64,000 bases of DNA from Octopus sinensis. Lineage: Eukaryota. A model generated the notes under the pieces. That model saw nothing but the letters and a program-made list of their open reading frames with translations, searched no databases and was not told the origin of the DNA. The position numbers and the translations under genes are program-made. This document shows positions 37,851-51,459 of this stretch, piece by piece. The first letter of the stretch is position 1. The number at the start of each line of letters is the position of its first letter. The stretch spans positions 26,350,001-26,414,000 of the forward strand of contig NC_042999.1 in NCBI RefSeq assembly GCF_006345805.1, written 5' to 3'.

Positions 37851-40800
37851 GCTTAAATACAGAGCTGAATTTCTAAATAACTTAAAAGAACATGTGACTT
37901 TATAATTTTGAAAAGTAGTGTATGTATGCATATATACATACTTATTTGTTTGTGTGTACGTATGTATGTATGTATGTATGTATGTATGTATGTATGTATG
38001 TATGTATGTGGCATTCATTTGAATACAGTATTTCAACAATGCCTATCTTACTGATGTTGGAAGGATGGAATACTAACTCCATTGGCGCAGGATTTGGACT
38101 CAGTACATGCAACACGCACGCAACTAAATGTTGCCAGATAATTTGCCAAGTGCCTCTTCAATTCTGAAACCCTCTTCTATTACAGAATCGTACGATAGTA
38201 TCTTTTGATCTGACAAGGACGAATTAACTGTATTAATTACATCGACCTAATCGAATTTACATACTCTCTGTTCACAGGGCAGTGGTAAAAGTCGAAGTGT
38301 ATATGAGACCTGAATAGAGATGTTTCTCAGTACCTAACTGTTTGACTCAAGAATGTTTAACATATGACTACTAAATAAAGCAATATAAAAAAACAATGTT
38401 TCATAAAATAATTTATATGAAATGATAAGTTTTAAGTAAGTGAGGATCTCGGAGAAAATCGACATAATCTCTCCTGGTTTCCAACATTATATAATGATAA
38501 TAAAATTGTGTGTATTGTAGAGCATTTCTCATGTTAGTACCATCAGGTAAATAACCCGTCGAAATATTAATTAGCAACAATATTAATGAGCACCAGCAGA
38601 TTTAATTGGTTAATTTGTTATGTATGTCTTCATTCCATTGCTACCACGATATTTCCTTTCTTTGTTGCATGAAGTAAATATGTAAAATAGCCAATGGAAA
38701 CACAGAAATTAACTTTAATATGGACACACAGCTTACGGATGACTTTTGATATGAAATACTCTTGATTCTTAGCTTTACATCTAATGGTCTTCAATAGCCT
38801 TCTAGACAAACAATAAATATTTTATTGTTCATTTATTACCTTTCATATTAATTTTAGTAAATAATGCCTTCGTTTTACAGTTATTTCCAAAACTACAACC
38901 TCTAGTTCATTCCATTTCTAAAGCTGAGAGAATCGCAAGACATTCTGCCTCGTGGGGAATAAACTCGACATATCGTCTATTAGTTATTCTAATATAACCG
39001 ACTTTCGTTTCTGTCGCTACTGCTTAGATTTTTCACTGAACATATAACTGCCTAATACTCATGATGAAATAGATACATATATATATAATCTTCACACACG
39101 CACACATACATATATGCACACACACACACACACACACACAGACACACACACACACACACACCACACCTTAGCACAGATATGTACACACACACACACACAG
39201 ACACATTCACACACACATATATAAATGCACATACCTACGAACGTCTCTAGTCTCTTCTAGTGACGGTGTGAAAATAATTTGGTTGCAAGGACATCATCTG
39301 CAGCATTTTTAAATGTGCATTATATGACGTAATTGTTGCGGGCTGATGGTAATTCGGTTACAGTCTTGAGTTAGTTGCGCATTCATAATCAATCCGTCCA
39401 CCCATGCCCTCTTCTGCGATTTCAACATTAGTATGGGTTCTCTTTTCCGATACACAAACACACACGCACTCATGCATACACACACAAGTTGGCACATAAG
39501 TGCAAAACAATGAAGAGAAATTGTATCGAATACGAAAGGTAGAGTGGTATGTTACATTATGAAAGCTGCAAAATATTCACAGAACTGCTACTCAGAGTTT
39601 CACGTTCGCGTTTATCAGACATGAACGGGAAACTCTGAGTAAGGGTTCTGTAAATATTTTGCTACTTTTATAATAAAGTATATATATACATACACACACA
39701 TACACACGCTCATGCACTACCACTACACACCCACACACATAATGGGCATCCATTGTCATGGATTCTTTCCTCTAATATGTTTAAAGGTGTTGAAATCAAG
39801 ATTCTAGTCGCACCCCATTAAGGTCGAAGACGTGACAAAAAACTGAAACCAGCTATTAATCCTTCTTCAGGCCCACAGCAACAGAAGACGTGAGAAAAGT
39901 AAAGAAATATGCTTGAGCTTGGATGTTTTCTGATCGGGAAGAAGGGCAGAAGTAGATGGTTTGACATTGAAGGCCTCATTCAGACAACAGTTGTATTACC
40001 ACCAACCTGTAGCAATTTTATTACCTAATACATAGTCAACAAATGCTGCAGACGATGACCTTGAAGTTTTCGGCGAGTAAACAAATCCGCAGTAAACAAA
40101 TCCATGCTGTTCTTCAGTAATTTCGCAAACCTTCATCTAAACTAGATAGATGGCTATTATAAGGCACCTAACAATGCGAGTAACAACTAGATAATTGTTA
40201 TTCAAGATGCCTAACAATGGCACAAACCGTCCATAACCCATATGTATGTGCATAAAGAAGATTTCGTTATTATTGTGTAATAATATTACTCATTCATTAT
40301 ATATTCATTAAATTATGAAATTCTTTGATGATTTATAGGAATTTTTCTTTGTATACATCTTTATTAATGCTATCGCCCCTAATCAATTCTCATAAATGCA
40401 ATACTTCGACATCAATGGTAATAATTGTGTTCCTTTTGAACTAAGCGATTTAGTTGGTATTTTAGTTTGAACTTCCGATAAAAATAGGACCAAGGAACAT
40501 AATACGAATGACTTTATTCAAGAAGCTAAGGAATCGATAAAAATCGGGTTTGCATGGTGATGAAGCAAGCTTCCATACTTCACGTATGCACATCTCAAAA
40601 TCAGTTCTAAATAAGCACACATGTTTAAATGTATGAAAACGTTTCTGATCCCACGTATGTAAAGGTTTGAAATAAAGGAAATTTCGCTGCTACATTTGCT
40701 CACTTGAAATGCCCACATAATGGTAATCGATTGTTATACCTCTTGATATTTGAGTCCGTGTTGTTATGTGAGAAATCGATAGACAGCAATTTCGAATGTT

Positions 40801-41709
40801 TGTCATTCTACGTTATTCAGTTGAGTGCCAGATACCGGTTTGTAGGTTTACCGGATTACAAAGATGGTAACACTTGTTACCAACCAGAATTTTGAGTAAA
40901 AGCATATAAATCAGCCAGAAAACAAAAATTTAACATTTTATACGAGGGCTACATTGAATGCTATAGACAGAGGTAAACTGTTTTAAAAATGTGATGAACT
41001 GGGTTCGAATGAATTAAACAAGACAAAGGCTGAGCTGACATGCTCTATAATGAGTCTCAATTTCAGTAAACAATTTTCAAATTAACTAATTAAAATTGCT
41101 AATTTGTCTAATATGAAGTGGATATATTTGAACAAAACTGTCTACTCATCTCATTGCCATGCGACAAGTTAAAGTCATCTCCCAAATTACTAACTGATAG
41201 CTTACGGTAAATTATTCTGCATCATTAATTGTATGCATACGGATATCATTCTTCGGGAGTATATATATGCTACTTAATGTGATATTTGACTTTAATGTAT
41301 GAAATTGCGTCGCTTACACCTGAATGATAATATTCTCAAATCAAATGAACGTTGATTGGCAATTTTGATAATTATGTAATTAAGATTAACTTCTAGTTAT
41401 TAATGTTACATATCCAATACTATTCACGCAAAGATATATTTATTTATTTATATATTTATATATTTTATATAAATAAGGATAAGATCGTTATTTAAATATC
41501 GATCTTATCAAGTGGCCAGCATGGGAATAAAAACCTTCAAAGGTAATAATTATCATTAAAATTAAAATTATAATGTAGGGTATCTAAGAGATACCACCAC
41601 GCTGGAAATAGCAGCCAAAAATTTGACTCTAAAACCACATTAAATGTTCATATAGCACCAGGAAATAAGATAAAAAGACAAAATAAACTAGCAAAATAAT
41701 TACCGGATA

Positions 41710-41767
41710 ATTCCAGATCCCGGATTTCTGACTCTTCATACGAAATGCTTTGCCTCATCAGTGGAAT
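41710..41767 (-). ncRNA. Type I hammerhead ribozyme, apparently intact
   Basis: AUUCCA-CUGAUGA-GGC…GUC A-GAAA-UCCGGGA-UC-UGGAAU with a 6-bp helix I. Confidence 0.8.
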
Positions 41768-41814
41768 ATACACAGATAGCACATAAATGCAAATATATAA
41801 TATATATATATATA

Positions 41815-41910
41815 TAACATATACATGCAATATTAGATATGTACATACACAAGGGTACTACATGAGTACCCTTGTGTATATATGAACATATCTAATATTG
41901 CATGTATATA
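41815..41910. repeat. Short fold-back palindrome, ~45-bp arms, loop ACATG
   Basis: …caagggtact-acatg-agtacccttg…. Confidence 0.85.
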
Positions 41911-42002
41911 TTTTATTAACTTGCCTGTACGGCTGATGATTCGCTTACCACCTCTGATGGCATTTTAATAATACCATCCCTATATTTATCTATCTATCTA
42001 TC

Positions 42003-42061
<59 letters not shown>

Positions 42062-42875
42062 TATACACTTACATATATGAACATTTAATATATATATATA
42101 ATATATATATATATAATATATATACAGAATGTTTGTTTCCACATGTGTACCCATTTGCGCGCCTGAATATTTCACAAAAAAGTTGCCGAGTAAGTTGAGG
42201 GTGTAAAGAATACCCAGTGGTTTATCCTGCAAGTTATGATGTTTTGGGTTCTACTTTTACTTCTGTCATTATCATATAGCAGAATAATTCACAACCAGTA
42301 ATTACGGTGACGAATTTTAAAGGAGAATATTTTGAAGGCTAAGAATGAATCTGCTTGTGCTTCTCATTGTGTGTGGCTGCGTAAACAAGCATGTGCCCAT
42401 GTAAGATTATGCACCACCCCTGTATATATATATATATATAACTGCAATTACGATCTTCCATGCAAAGCGTTAATTTCACGTGTCGTAACAACGTAGGAGA
42501 TGTATGAACAGTAAGCTGAAAGGCAATTTCAATTACGCCATCTACATACATCTTACCTCGAGCTAAGCAACTAATAGAAAACATTCAATGTTTATTATGA
42601 GTTCAGAAATCCTTTTACAGTGCGCTTAGTTCTTAATACTTTACATAATAAGAAGAATTAAAATAACCACATTTTATACGAATAAAGATATGTTAAAAAT
42701 CTCACTGATATTACATTTTCCTGAACAGAACTCCATCATATATTGAGCGTTGTATATTTTAAATTTCTAGAAAACCTTTCCAAAAAGATTTCGAATTTAT
42801 TTACAATCGGCTTACACTGGCAACTAATGCAATTGTGGAAATGCCTGCGGTTAAATATAAGCTTACTATATTTGC

Positions 42876-42946
<71 letters not shown>

Positions 42947-42973
42947 ATCTATCTATCTATCTATCTATCTATC

Positions 42974-43069
<96 letters not shown>

Positions 43070-43156
43070 GTCTGTCTGTCTGTATGTCTGTCTTTCTGAC
43101 TGTCTGTCTGTTTATCTATCTTTCTATCTGTCTATCTACCTACCTATCTATCTATC

Positions 43157-43210
<54 letters not shown>

Positions 43211-43249
43211 CATCTGTCTGTATGTCTGTCTTTCTGACTGTCTGTCTGT

Positions 43250-43282
<33 letters not shown>

Positions 43283-43317
43283 AATCTATCTATCTATCTA
43301 TCTATCTACCTATCTGT

Positions 43318-43388
<71 letters not shown>

Positions 43389-43397
43389 CCTATCTGT

Positions 43398-43482
<85 letters not shown>

Positions 43483-43487
43483 CATCT
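42876..43487. repeat. ~610-bp (TCTA)n array with internal higher-order (TCTG)-rich duplications
   Basis: Direct reading; the variant block recurs near 43068 and 43213. Confidence 0.95.
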
Positions 43488-43725
43488 CTCTGGTCTCACA
43501 ATGGACGGACGCTAGTCATATCGGCTCCACGTAAGTTGGCCACTTTTACATGTTTAAAACTCCTTGTTGTCAAATATTTTGTTTTAATCGTTGTGCAAGT
43601 TCATTCACTAAAAAACCTGAGAATTATTCACGTAGAATTCCGCCCCTCTATGGGCGAAATTACAAAAAAACTTTCAAAACTTTCGTGGGTTTTTTAGCCA
43701 TTTTTCATTTTGAAAATGGCAACTA

Positions 43726-45240
43726 GAAACCACGTGGCTAGCCCGCCAGTCATGCAGAACGGTAGCAAAACACTATTGCTACCACTAGCTGCTAAACATC
43801 GCAGCGTGAACACCGCTGTCACCACCATCACCACCACCAACAACAACAACAACAAAACTAACGTCGCATTCACTTAGATTTCCCCTCACTCCCCACACCA
43901 CTTGTTGATGATAAAGGGACAGAGAAAGGGATTTCAAAAATGAATACAAACGAAAACATGAATGCCAGCACCACCACCATCACCACCAACAACAACAACA
44001 ACGAAATTGGCACAAAGCCGCCTACCAAAGACAACACCGCCAACACCAACACCACTACTACGACGGCAAATGCTACATCCAAGCCTTCTGCTGCTAATAC
44101 CGCCAACACCAACACCACTACCATGACTTCACCTGCCACAATTAACATTTCTGCTGCCAAATTCAAAACGAATTTTGCGGACGTAACAAAACAAAAAAGA
44201 ACAATTGTAACATTCACCACACAAGAGATAAACCGCACAAAGGCACTCTTCTCCAAAGAAGGAGACAAATTGCACCTTCACATTCCACAACACATCGTGG
44301 AAAATACACAAACAAAAACAATAATTTATAAAGTAATAAACAAGAAAACAAGAAGAACAGAAAATGCACCGCAGGAAAAAATCGAAAAATGCCTTCGTCC
44401 TGCATGGGACTCCAAGGAATATATCAGTTGGGGAAACAAATTTGGTACAGTCCAAGTACGTTTCCTCAACGAAAGTTTAGCAAAACGTTTTTCCCATTGG
44501 AGCTAGCGCTTCGGACGACTTGGTAATGATACCAGTCTATTTAAAGAAAAGGGTCACGAAAGTCCAAATAAAAAACATACCATTTGATGTCGCAACACAA
44601 TGGTTTGTCTCTGCCATCTGCTTTGAAATGACAGAGACAATGTCAGAGACAAACATCCTGGAAATCACGGTTCTAGGAGAGAAAGACTATGTGGGCAAAT
44701 CAATCGAATTCCTGCTTCAATTGGATGAAGCAGCAAGAGAGAAGATACCCACCGCTATAGAACTGCCAGGAGGCTACAAACTCTATATAGTGGTAGAGGG
44801 CAGGCGACCACGCTGCTATTTGTGTTGAAGCGAAAACACACTTGAAAAAGACGTGCCCCACCTACACACCAAGAGCAAAACAAAACAACCACTACCACAA
44901 CCAAGCACTCCGGAAAAAAAGCTCTACTACCCACACCACCATCAACACAGAAGACGACAAGAGAAGCACACCAAGCTAATCCGTCATCAACCAAAAGCCA
45001 CTCAACACCTGGAAAAATACCAACACCACCAACAACAGCAAAACCCAAAGGAACAGAAAAACAAAGAAACACACACAAACTGATCCCCCATCCCTTATAC
45101 CGCACTCAACACACACAAACACTCAACAACCAACAACAACACAACCACTTACACAGACATACATAGAAGCCCACAACATACCCCTACCCCCTACTGATTC
45201 CACAGAAATTTCGTCGGAAGACGAAACCAGAGGAATGGCA
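43726..45240 (+). pseudogene. ORF1 remnant (low-complexity N-terminus, RRM-like segment, CCHC zinc knuckle)
   Basis: WGNKFGTVQVRF…; GRRPRCYLC*SE.HL.KD.P near 44800-44860. Confidence 0.65.
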
Positions 45241-45715
45241 AATAGCTACAAAAAGAAGGAAAATAAAGAGCAGAACACAACCAAACCAAATGCAAACACG
45301 AACAAAGCAGGGGGAAATACATCTCACGAAGACCTTTCAAAACCCAACGCAAACAACAGCCACACCAACACCACAAAAAATATATACAGCAAACATGCTC
45401 ACAGCTATAGACACCAAAAACACAATTTGATGGAATACATCCAATCAAAAACAAACATAACAGAAGATGACATAAAAACAAACAATCACCCATACAAACA
45501 CCACCAGACCACATCAAAATATTACACATCTCCAAAAGTCTGCACCACACACTCAAAGGCATTTTCCCCAGCGCGGTTGGTAAATGCCAAAAATATCTCA
45601 CAAAGAAACTGTACTGGGATCTCCTCGAGGACAAACCAAAGGAGGAGAAAGCAAAAACTTTCGAGCAGTAAGTAACCCTCTGTTCCTTTCACTTGTATTC
45701 TAATTCATTAGGACT

Positions 45716-48700
45716 ATGATCAAGATTGGTTGTGTAAATGCGCGTGGCTTGGGGTCCCCTTGGAAACAAGGGTACCTCTTAAATGACATAAAGTCACATA
45801 AGTTAGAAATCATAGCCATAAGTGAGACCAGACTCCACAATCCGCGGGCCCTAAAGACCATGTTTGGCGGACAGTTCAACATTTATTTTTCCCCCTGTCT
45901 GCCGAGAATGGGCGGTAGTGGCACCGCGGTACTTTTCACAAGAGTCTGGATCTCAAAGTAAGGACAATATTCGTAGACCCGGAGGGTAGACTGGTCGTCC
46001 TGGATGTCGACGGCAGCAATGGGTGCGCTTTTCGACTCGTATCAGTCTACGCACCGCCCTTAACAGGTCGGGCGGATTTCTTTCAACGTCTAGAAGTATT
46101 ATTGGGAACGTCTCGTCCTTTACTCTTACTGGGGGATTGGAATGCTACCTTGGACACGCATGTAGACTACGTGGGTAGAGATAGGAATAGACGGGGATGC
46201 AAATGCCTCAGAGACCTGCTCAGACGCTTTCAACTGTCTGACAGGTTCCGACTAGACCACCCGAATGCGCCAACGTGGACATGGAGCAACCGCATCGGGT
46301 CGTCGAGATCGTATCTAGATAGGATACTGTGTAGGACAGTAGACAGAGATAGCATAGGATGTCCACAATTCCACATAGTCAGCTACACGGATCACAAACT
46401 TGTGACATGTACGCTAGACTTAGGTAAGACACTTAGGCAGGGTCCGGATACTGGAAACTAAACGCGTCTTTCCCATCGTGACAGGTTTCAGAGACCGGAT
46501 TAGCACACTAGTAAAGAGGGCTTTGACGGGAGCCATCATCAACAACAAATGGTGGTTTGCCCTCAAGAGAGCAGTAAAAGCAGAAGCGATTAGGTACAGC
46601 AAAGCACTAGCCATAGATAGAAATAGAGTAGAGGGTGTGAGCTAGTTAAGAAGCTAGAAGAGGCAATTAGAAGCGGCATCGCATCCGACGTTTTGGCGGC
46701 GAGGTTGGCCCTCGACCAACACTTCAACGCCAAACACGAAGGATGTGCTGTCAGAGCTAGGATGCGTGCTCTAAGGAACGAAGGTGTTGGAGCCGCGAGA
46801 GAGGCCCGGGTGGCAGAGGCGCAACAACAGGGCAACAAAGCCACCATTCGGTCCCTGGTAGATGAACAGGGGCGCGAATTGCTCGAGCCAAGTAAAATGT
46901 GTGAGGCCTTTCAGCAGCATTTTGCCCGACTGTTCGGAACGAGTGGAGGGCAAGAACGTAGGGTGGACTTCAGTGCCTACCTACATAGCCTACCACGACT
47001 CTCGACCATAAAGGCAGGGTGCTGCGAAGGTGCCATCACGGCGGCGGAAGTGCAGGAAGCGATGGCAGAATGCTCGGGGGACAAATCACCGGGTTTGGAT
47101 GGTCTACCCTACGAGCTGTACAATTGTATGCCAGACTTGTTTGGAGATCTCTTGGCGGCGGTGTACTGCAACTGGCAGCAAAACGGGAGCATTCCTGGTT
47201 TTGTGAGCCGAGGAGCCGTAACACTGCTGAAGAAAGATCTAAACAAGGGGAATGTAATAGATAACTTTAGGCCCATCACTCTGCTTAATGCAGACTTGAA
47301 AATTTTGGCCAAGGTGCTAGCCAAGAGGTTGGCGCTTGTCATCGAGAAACTGGTCGACAAGGCGCAAACATGCGCCGTGCCAGGCCGGACCATCCATGAC
47401 AACCTCCACCTGAAGCGCTACATCATAGACAGGCATGGGTGGGGCGCTGATCAATTTGGATCAATCGAAAGCTTTCGATAGGGTGGACCATCGATACTTG
47501 GAGGCGGTCCTCGGAGCGGCTGGCTTCGGTCCCGTCTTTCGCGGCTGGATAGCCGCTTTGTACAGAGGCATCCGTTCGGTAATTCGCGTGAATGGACATC
47601 TATCGAGACCCTTCGACATCGCACGTTCGGTCCGTCAGGGATGCCCCCTCTCGTCGCTTCTATACGTATTGACTCTCGAGCCATTATTGCGGAAGCTGGC
47701 AACCTTGAGAGGCATCCCGCGAGAACTGGGATGCGGGACGAGCGTGTCTGCATACGCGGACGACGTCACCGTCATAGTGTCTAGCCACGAGCACATCGAG
47801 CAGGTCGGCGAGACACTGAAAAACTACGAAGCGGTGACAGGAGCGAAAATCAACCGGAAAAGTCAGTGGGCTTGCGACTAGGCACTGGAGAAGCAAGCCC
47901 ATGCCGTACACCAGCGCCTCCGTCGTGGGACGCTGGACCGACGGCCCGGTTGAGTTGCTCGGGGTCTGGTTTGGTCCGGACCTCCAAGTGGAGAAGAACT
48001 GGAACGAGATAACGAGTAGGGTGGTCACTCTCGCCCGGCAATGGGCCGAGAGGAAACTGTCCCTAAAAGGTCGGGCGGAGGTGGCGAACACGTACATCGC
48101 GTCCGTCATCTACTACCGCCTGACCGTCGTACCTTGTCCCGACCCTACCATCACCAAACTACAACGCATTCTCTTTCGCTTCTTGTGGAAAGGATGCGTC
48201 CCGATGGTCAGGCGATCCATTTGCTGTCAACACCCGTTAAAAGGAGGGCTGGGCATGCCGTGGTTGATGATGCGCAGACACGCGCTGAGACTGCGACATC
48301 TCTGGCTCTATGTAGACGACGGTGAACAGGTGTGGTCGCCGTTTGTGAGGCACGCTTTCCCGCAGCTCGTCTCCATGACCGAACTGCAGTCGTGGATCAA
48401 AAGAGCCGAAGAAGGGCGAATGGCACCGCGAGTGTCGCGTTGCTCTCAAGCAACTCTGCCGTCCTGGGTCGACCTTGAGTGACTTCAACACAACCAAAGC
48501 ATTCTATAGGGGTTTAGTGGAGGGGAGGTACGACGACGAGCTCGGGGCGAACCTGGACGTCGACGAGGAGTACCTGACCGCCTGTTCAGGACGACTTTCG
48601 GGCCAGGGCCCATGGACAACTTCCAGAGATCCCTGGCCTGGCAGTGCTACCGAGAAGCGCTACCCGTTCGGGATAAGCTCTACAGACACGGCTCGAGAAA

Positions 48701-49134
48701 CACGGGGCCGACCTGCCCGAGATGCGGTCAGAGCGACGAAACCGTTCTGCACGCACTCGTGCAGTGTCCAACAATTTCCGACCTGTGGGCTTGTGTCGAA
48801 CAACTGCTGTCACGGTGTGGGACGAGTCGGTTTATCAGCTGAGTCTATCGTTAATATTGTCACGCCTCCTTCCTTCAAACGGGAAGGAAGAGCTATTTTC
48901 ATCATCCTTGTGGCTATGGCGAAAGAATGTCTCTGGTGGACGCGTCTGAAAGGATTGGAGACAAACACTTTCCTCTCTGGTCAATCTCTCATCAACTTCT
49001 TCAAGTACCACTTGAAAAGGAAAGTGAGAGTAGAGAGGCAAGTTTTGTCTAGCGAATGTTTTAAAAAAAGATGGGTGAATGTAGCAAGAATGGCACGTAT
49101 GAATGACGAAGCCACCTTGAGCATGATCCTATGA
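45716..49134 (+). pseudogene. ORF2 remnant: APE endonuclease, reverse transcriptase and C-terminal zinc motif, multiply frameshifted
   Basis: CVNARGL…ISETRL; LLGDWNA; SYLDRI; TDHK; NFRPITLLNADLKILAK; DQSKAFDRVDH; VRQGCPLS; AYADDVTV; CPRCGQSDETVLHALVQC. Confidence 0.92.
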
Positions 49135-49500
49135 ACCCAGAAATTGAAAACAGAAAGTTGCTTATTTGCAAAAAAAAAAAAGAAATATAACATGCGACTC
49201 CATTGACCGAGGTTACCGTGGTCTTTTCCGTAGGCTTTTCTTTCCACGGGTAAACCTCACCTGTCCTCCCCTTTACACTTCATATTGACATTTCTGTGAT
49301 AACGATCCCTATTGATCAATTTTTTTTTTTTTTCCTCTCCCCCTTTTTTTGTCCTCTTTCTCTCCTTTTACGATCCCTTTTGATCGAAACTCCCCTTCCT
49401 TTTTTTTTTTTTTAAACCTGCAAAAGAAAAGCTCTACCTTGTAATTTGTTCTATCTGTGTGCAGCCCTGTGTGGCTAATAAAGAAACATATCTATGTATG

Positions 49501-49575
<75 letters not shown>

Positions 49576-49599
49576 ATTATATATATATATATATATGTC

Positions 49600-49850
49600 T
49601 GCTTTTACATAATTTGTCTGTTATCTTTAATCTGTTTCAGTCATTAGACTGTAGCCATGCAGGGAAACTGTCTTGAAGAATTTTCGTCGACAAATCGAGC
49701 GCAGTTTCAACTATTTCTTAACGCTTCGTACAAATTCTATCGGACCTTTCGCCGAACCGATAGTTTATGGGAAAATAAGCACATTAACACTGGTTGTCAA
49801 GCGTGCGGTGGGAGAATAAACACACATACATACATACATAAATCAATACA
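49600..49850 (-). mobile_element. SINE family A, degenerate 3' half
   Basis: tgtttcagtcattagactgtagccatgc…gccgaaccg…ggttgtcaag. Confidence 0.7.
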
Positions 49851-49879
49851 TACAAAATAAAGATATTTTATTCAACTCT

Positions 49880-50505
49880 TCAACCGAGCTGTTGAGAGAA
49901 AGCTAATCACTTTAAAACATGAACACGGGCGATGAGCGAGAAACTCCGCTATTGCAAGCAAATGTTTGAGCGAACCAGCATCATACAAAGAGATGAGGGA
50001 GGAGAATATTACCATTAAGAAAGCTCCCTTCCAAGAAGATCTACAATCATTCTGGTCAAAAATTTGGAACGAAACGAGGGATTTCAACCTGCATCATGGC
50101 TAAATGCAATTGAGCGAATACTGTACCAACACTTTCAGTAAAACATACAAAATTGTTGCAGAAACTTTCACTATAGCAGTAGGCAAACTGCAGAATGGAA
50201 AGGGATGGAAGGGACCTAATAGTTGGATATTGGTACAAGAAGCTGATATTTTATAGAAACGAAGTGATATGTATGTTCGAAAGGACTATGGAAGGTTAGA
50301 CTGATATACCGTATTAGCTTGCTGCAGCAAGGACAGATCTTGTTACCCGAAATGAAATAACGAAGATGGCAGGAAACTACAGGCCCATTCCTTGCCTAAA
50401 CATCGTGGATAAACTGTACACGAGTTGCCTCAACTAATTCCTCCAGGACTATTGTGAGTCGAACAACATTATGACTAATGAACAGGCTGGAGTTTAAGGG
50501 GACAA
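49880..50505 (+). mobile_element. Decayed R4/Dong-type RT N-terminal fragment
   Basis: GYWYKKL…GNYRPIPCLNIVDKLYTSCLN…NNIMTNEQAG. Confidence 0.75.
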
Positions 50506-50724
50506 CTGTCTTTGAAGACTCAAAGTATCGTTGAATGCTCCACATGAGTAGATAGACAGCCGACAATTGACGAAGGGTCGTGCTCTATTTTTTGTCTCGT
50601 TGTTTGCTTATTTAACTCATTTGTTTTCGTTGTTAATGCTGTTTACCTAATTGTCATATACCTGTATATGCGTCTATATATATATATAAATTAATCAAAA
50701 TAAAAACATGATGCCAAGGATTCA

Positions 50725-50802
50725 GCGGTACATATGTTTCGGGCCTTTATTAGACGGATTTATAACAATGCATAATGTATGTCTGTGGCCTTCTTCAGCC
50801 GC
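50725..50802 (-). ncRNA. Type I hammerhead ribozyme, apparently intact
   Basis: GCGG-CUGAAGA-A GGCC…GGCC C-GAAA-CAUAUG-UA-CCGC. Confidence 0.85.
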
Positions 50803-50942
50803 GCACAACAACTTCCACAAGGACATGTATTACATCAAAATTTCTACGTTGGGGATGCAAATCCTCTCATTCGCATACGACATAATGCGGCAACAGCATA
50901 AAAATGAAGCGTCCATCTCGTTCTTCTCTCAATGTAGAATGT

Positions 50943-50979
<37 letters not shown>

Positions 50980-50984
50980 TGTGT

Positions 50985-51193
50985 TTGTGTGTCTGTGTTT
51001 GTCCCCCTAGCATTGTTTGACAACCGATGGTGGTGTGTTTATGTCCCCGTTACTTAGCGGTTCGGCAAAAGAGACCGATAGAATAAGTACTGGGCTTACA
51101 AAAGAATAAGTCCCGGGATCGAGATGCTCGATTAAAGGCGGTGCTCCAGCATGGCCGCAGTCAAATGACTGAAACAAGAAAAAGAGTAAAAGA

Positions 51194-51195
<2 letters not shown>
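50985..51195 (+). mobile_element. SINE family A, 3' half
   Basis: Ends …gactgaaacaagaaaaagagtaaaagagta. Confidence 0.85.
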
Positions 51196-51244
<49 letters not shown>

Positions 51245-51250
51245 CATATA

Positions 51251-51294
<44 letters not shown>

Positions 51295-51298
51295 ATAT

Positions 51299-51331
<33 letters not shown>

Positions 51332-51415
51332 CTTATATTATATACATCTATATCTATCTAGCTATCTATCTTTCTCTTTCTCTCTCTCTCCTCTCTCTAT
51401 CTATTATATATATAT

Positions 51416-51459
<44 letters not shown>

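Larger units (their letters stand above)
43488..49488 (+). mobile_element. Near full-length Tx1/L1-clade non-LTR retrotransposon (degraded)
   Basis: ORF1 and ORF2 remnants, 3' UTR with AATAAA at 49477, (TCTA)n on both sides; the 5' boundary is inferred. Confidence 0.85.

Noticed and set aside
40450-40900. LRR-like peptides on the minus strand
   Set aside because: Only scattered Leu/Asn patterns with many stops; not distinguishable from chance.
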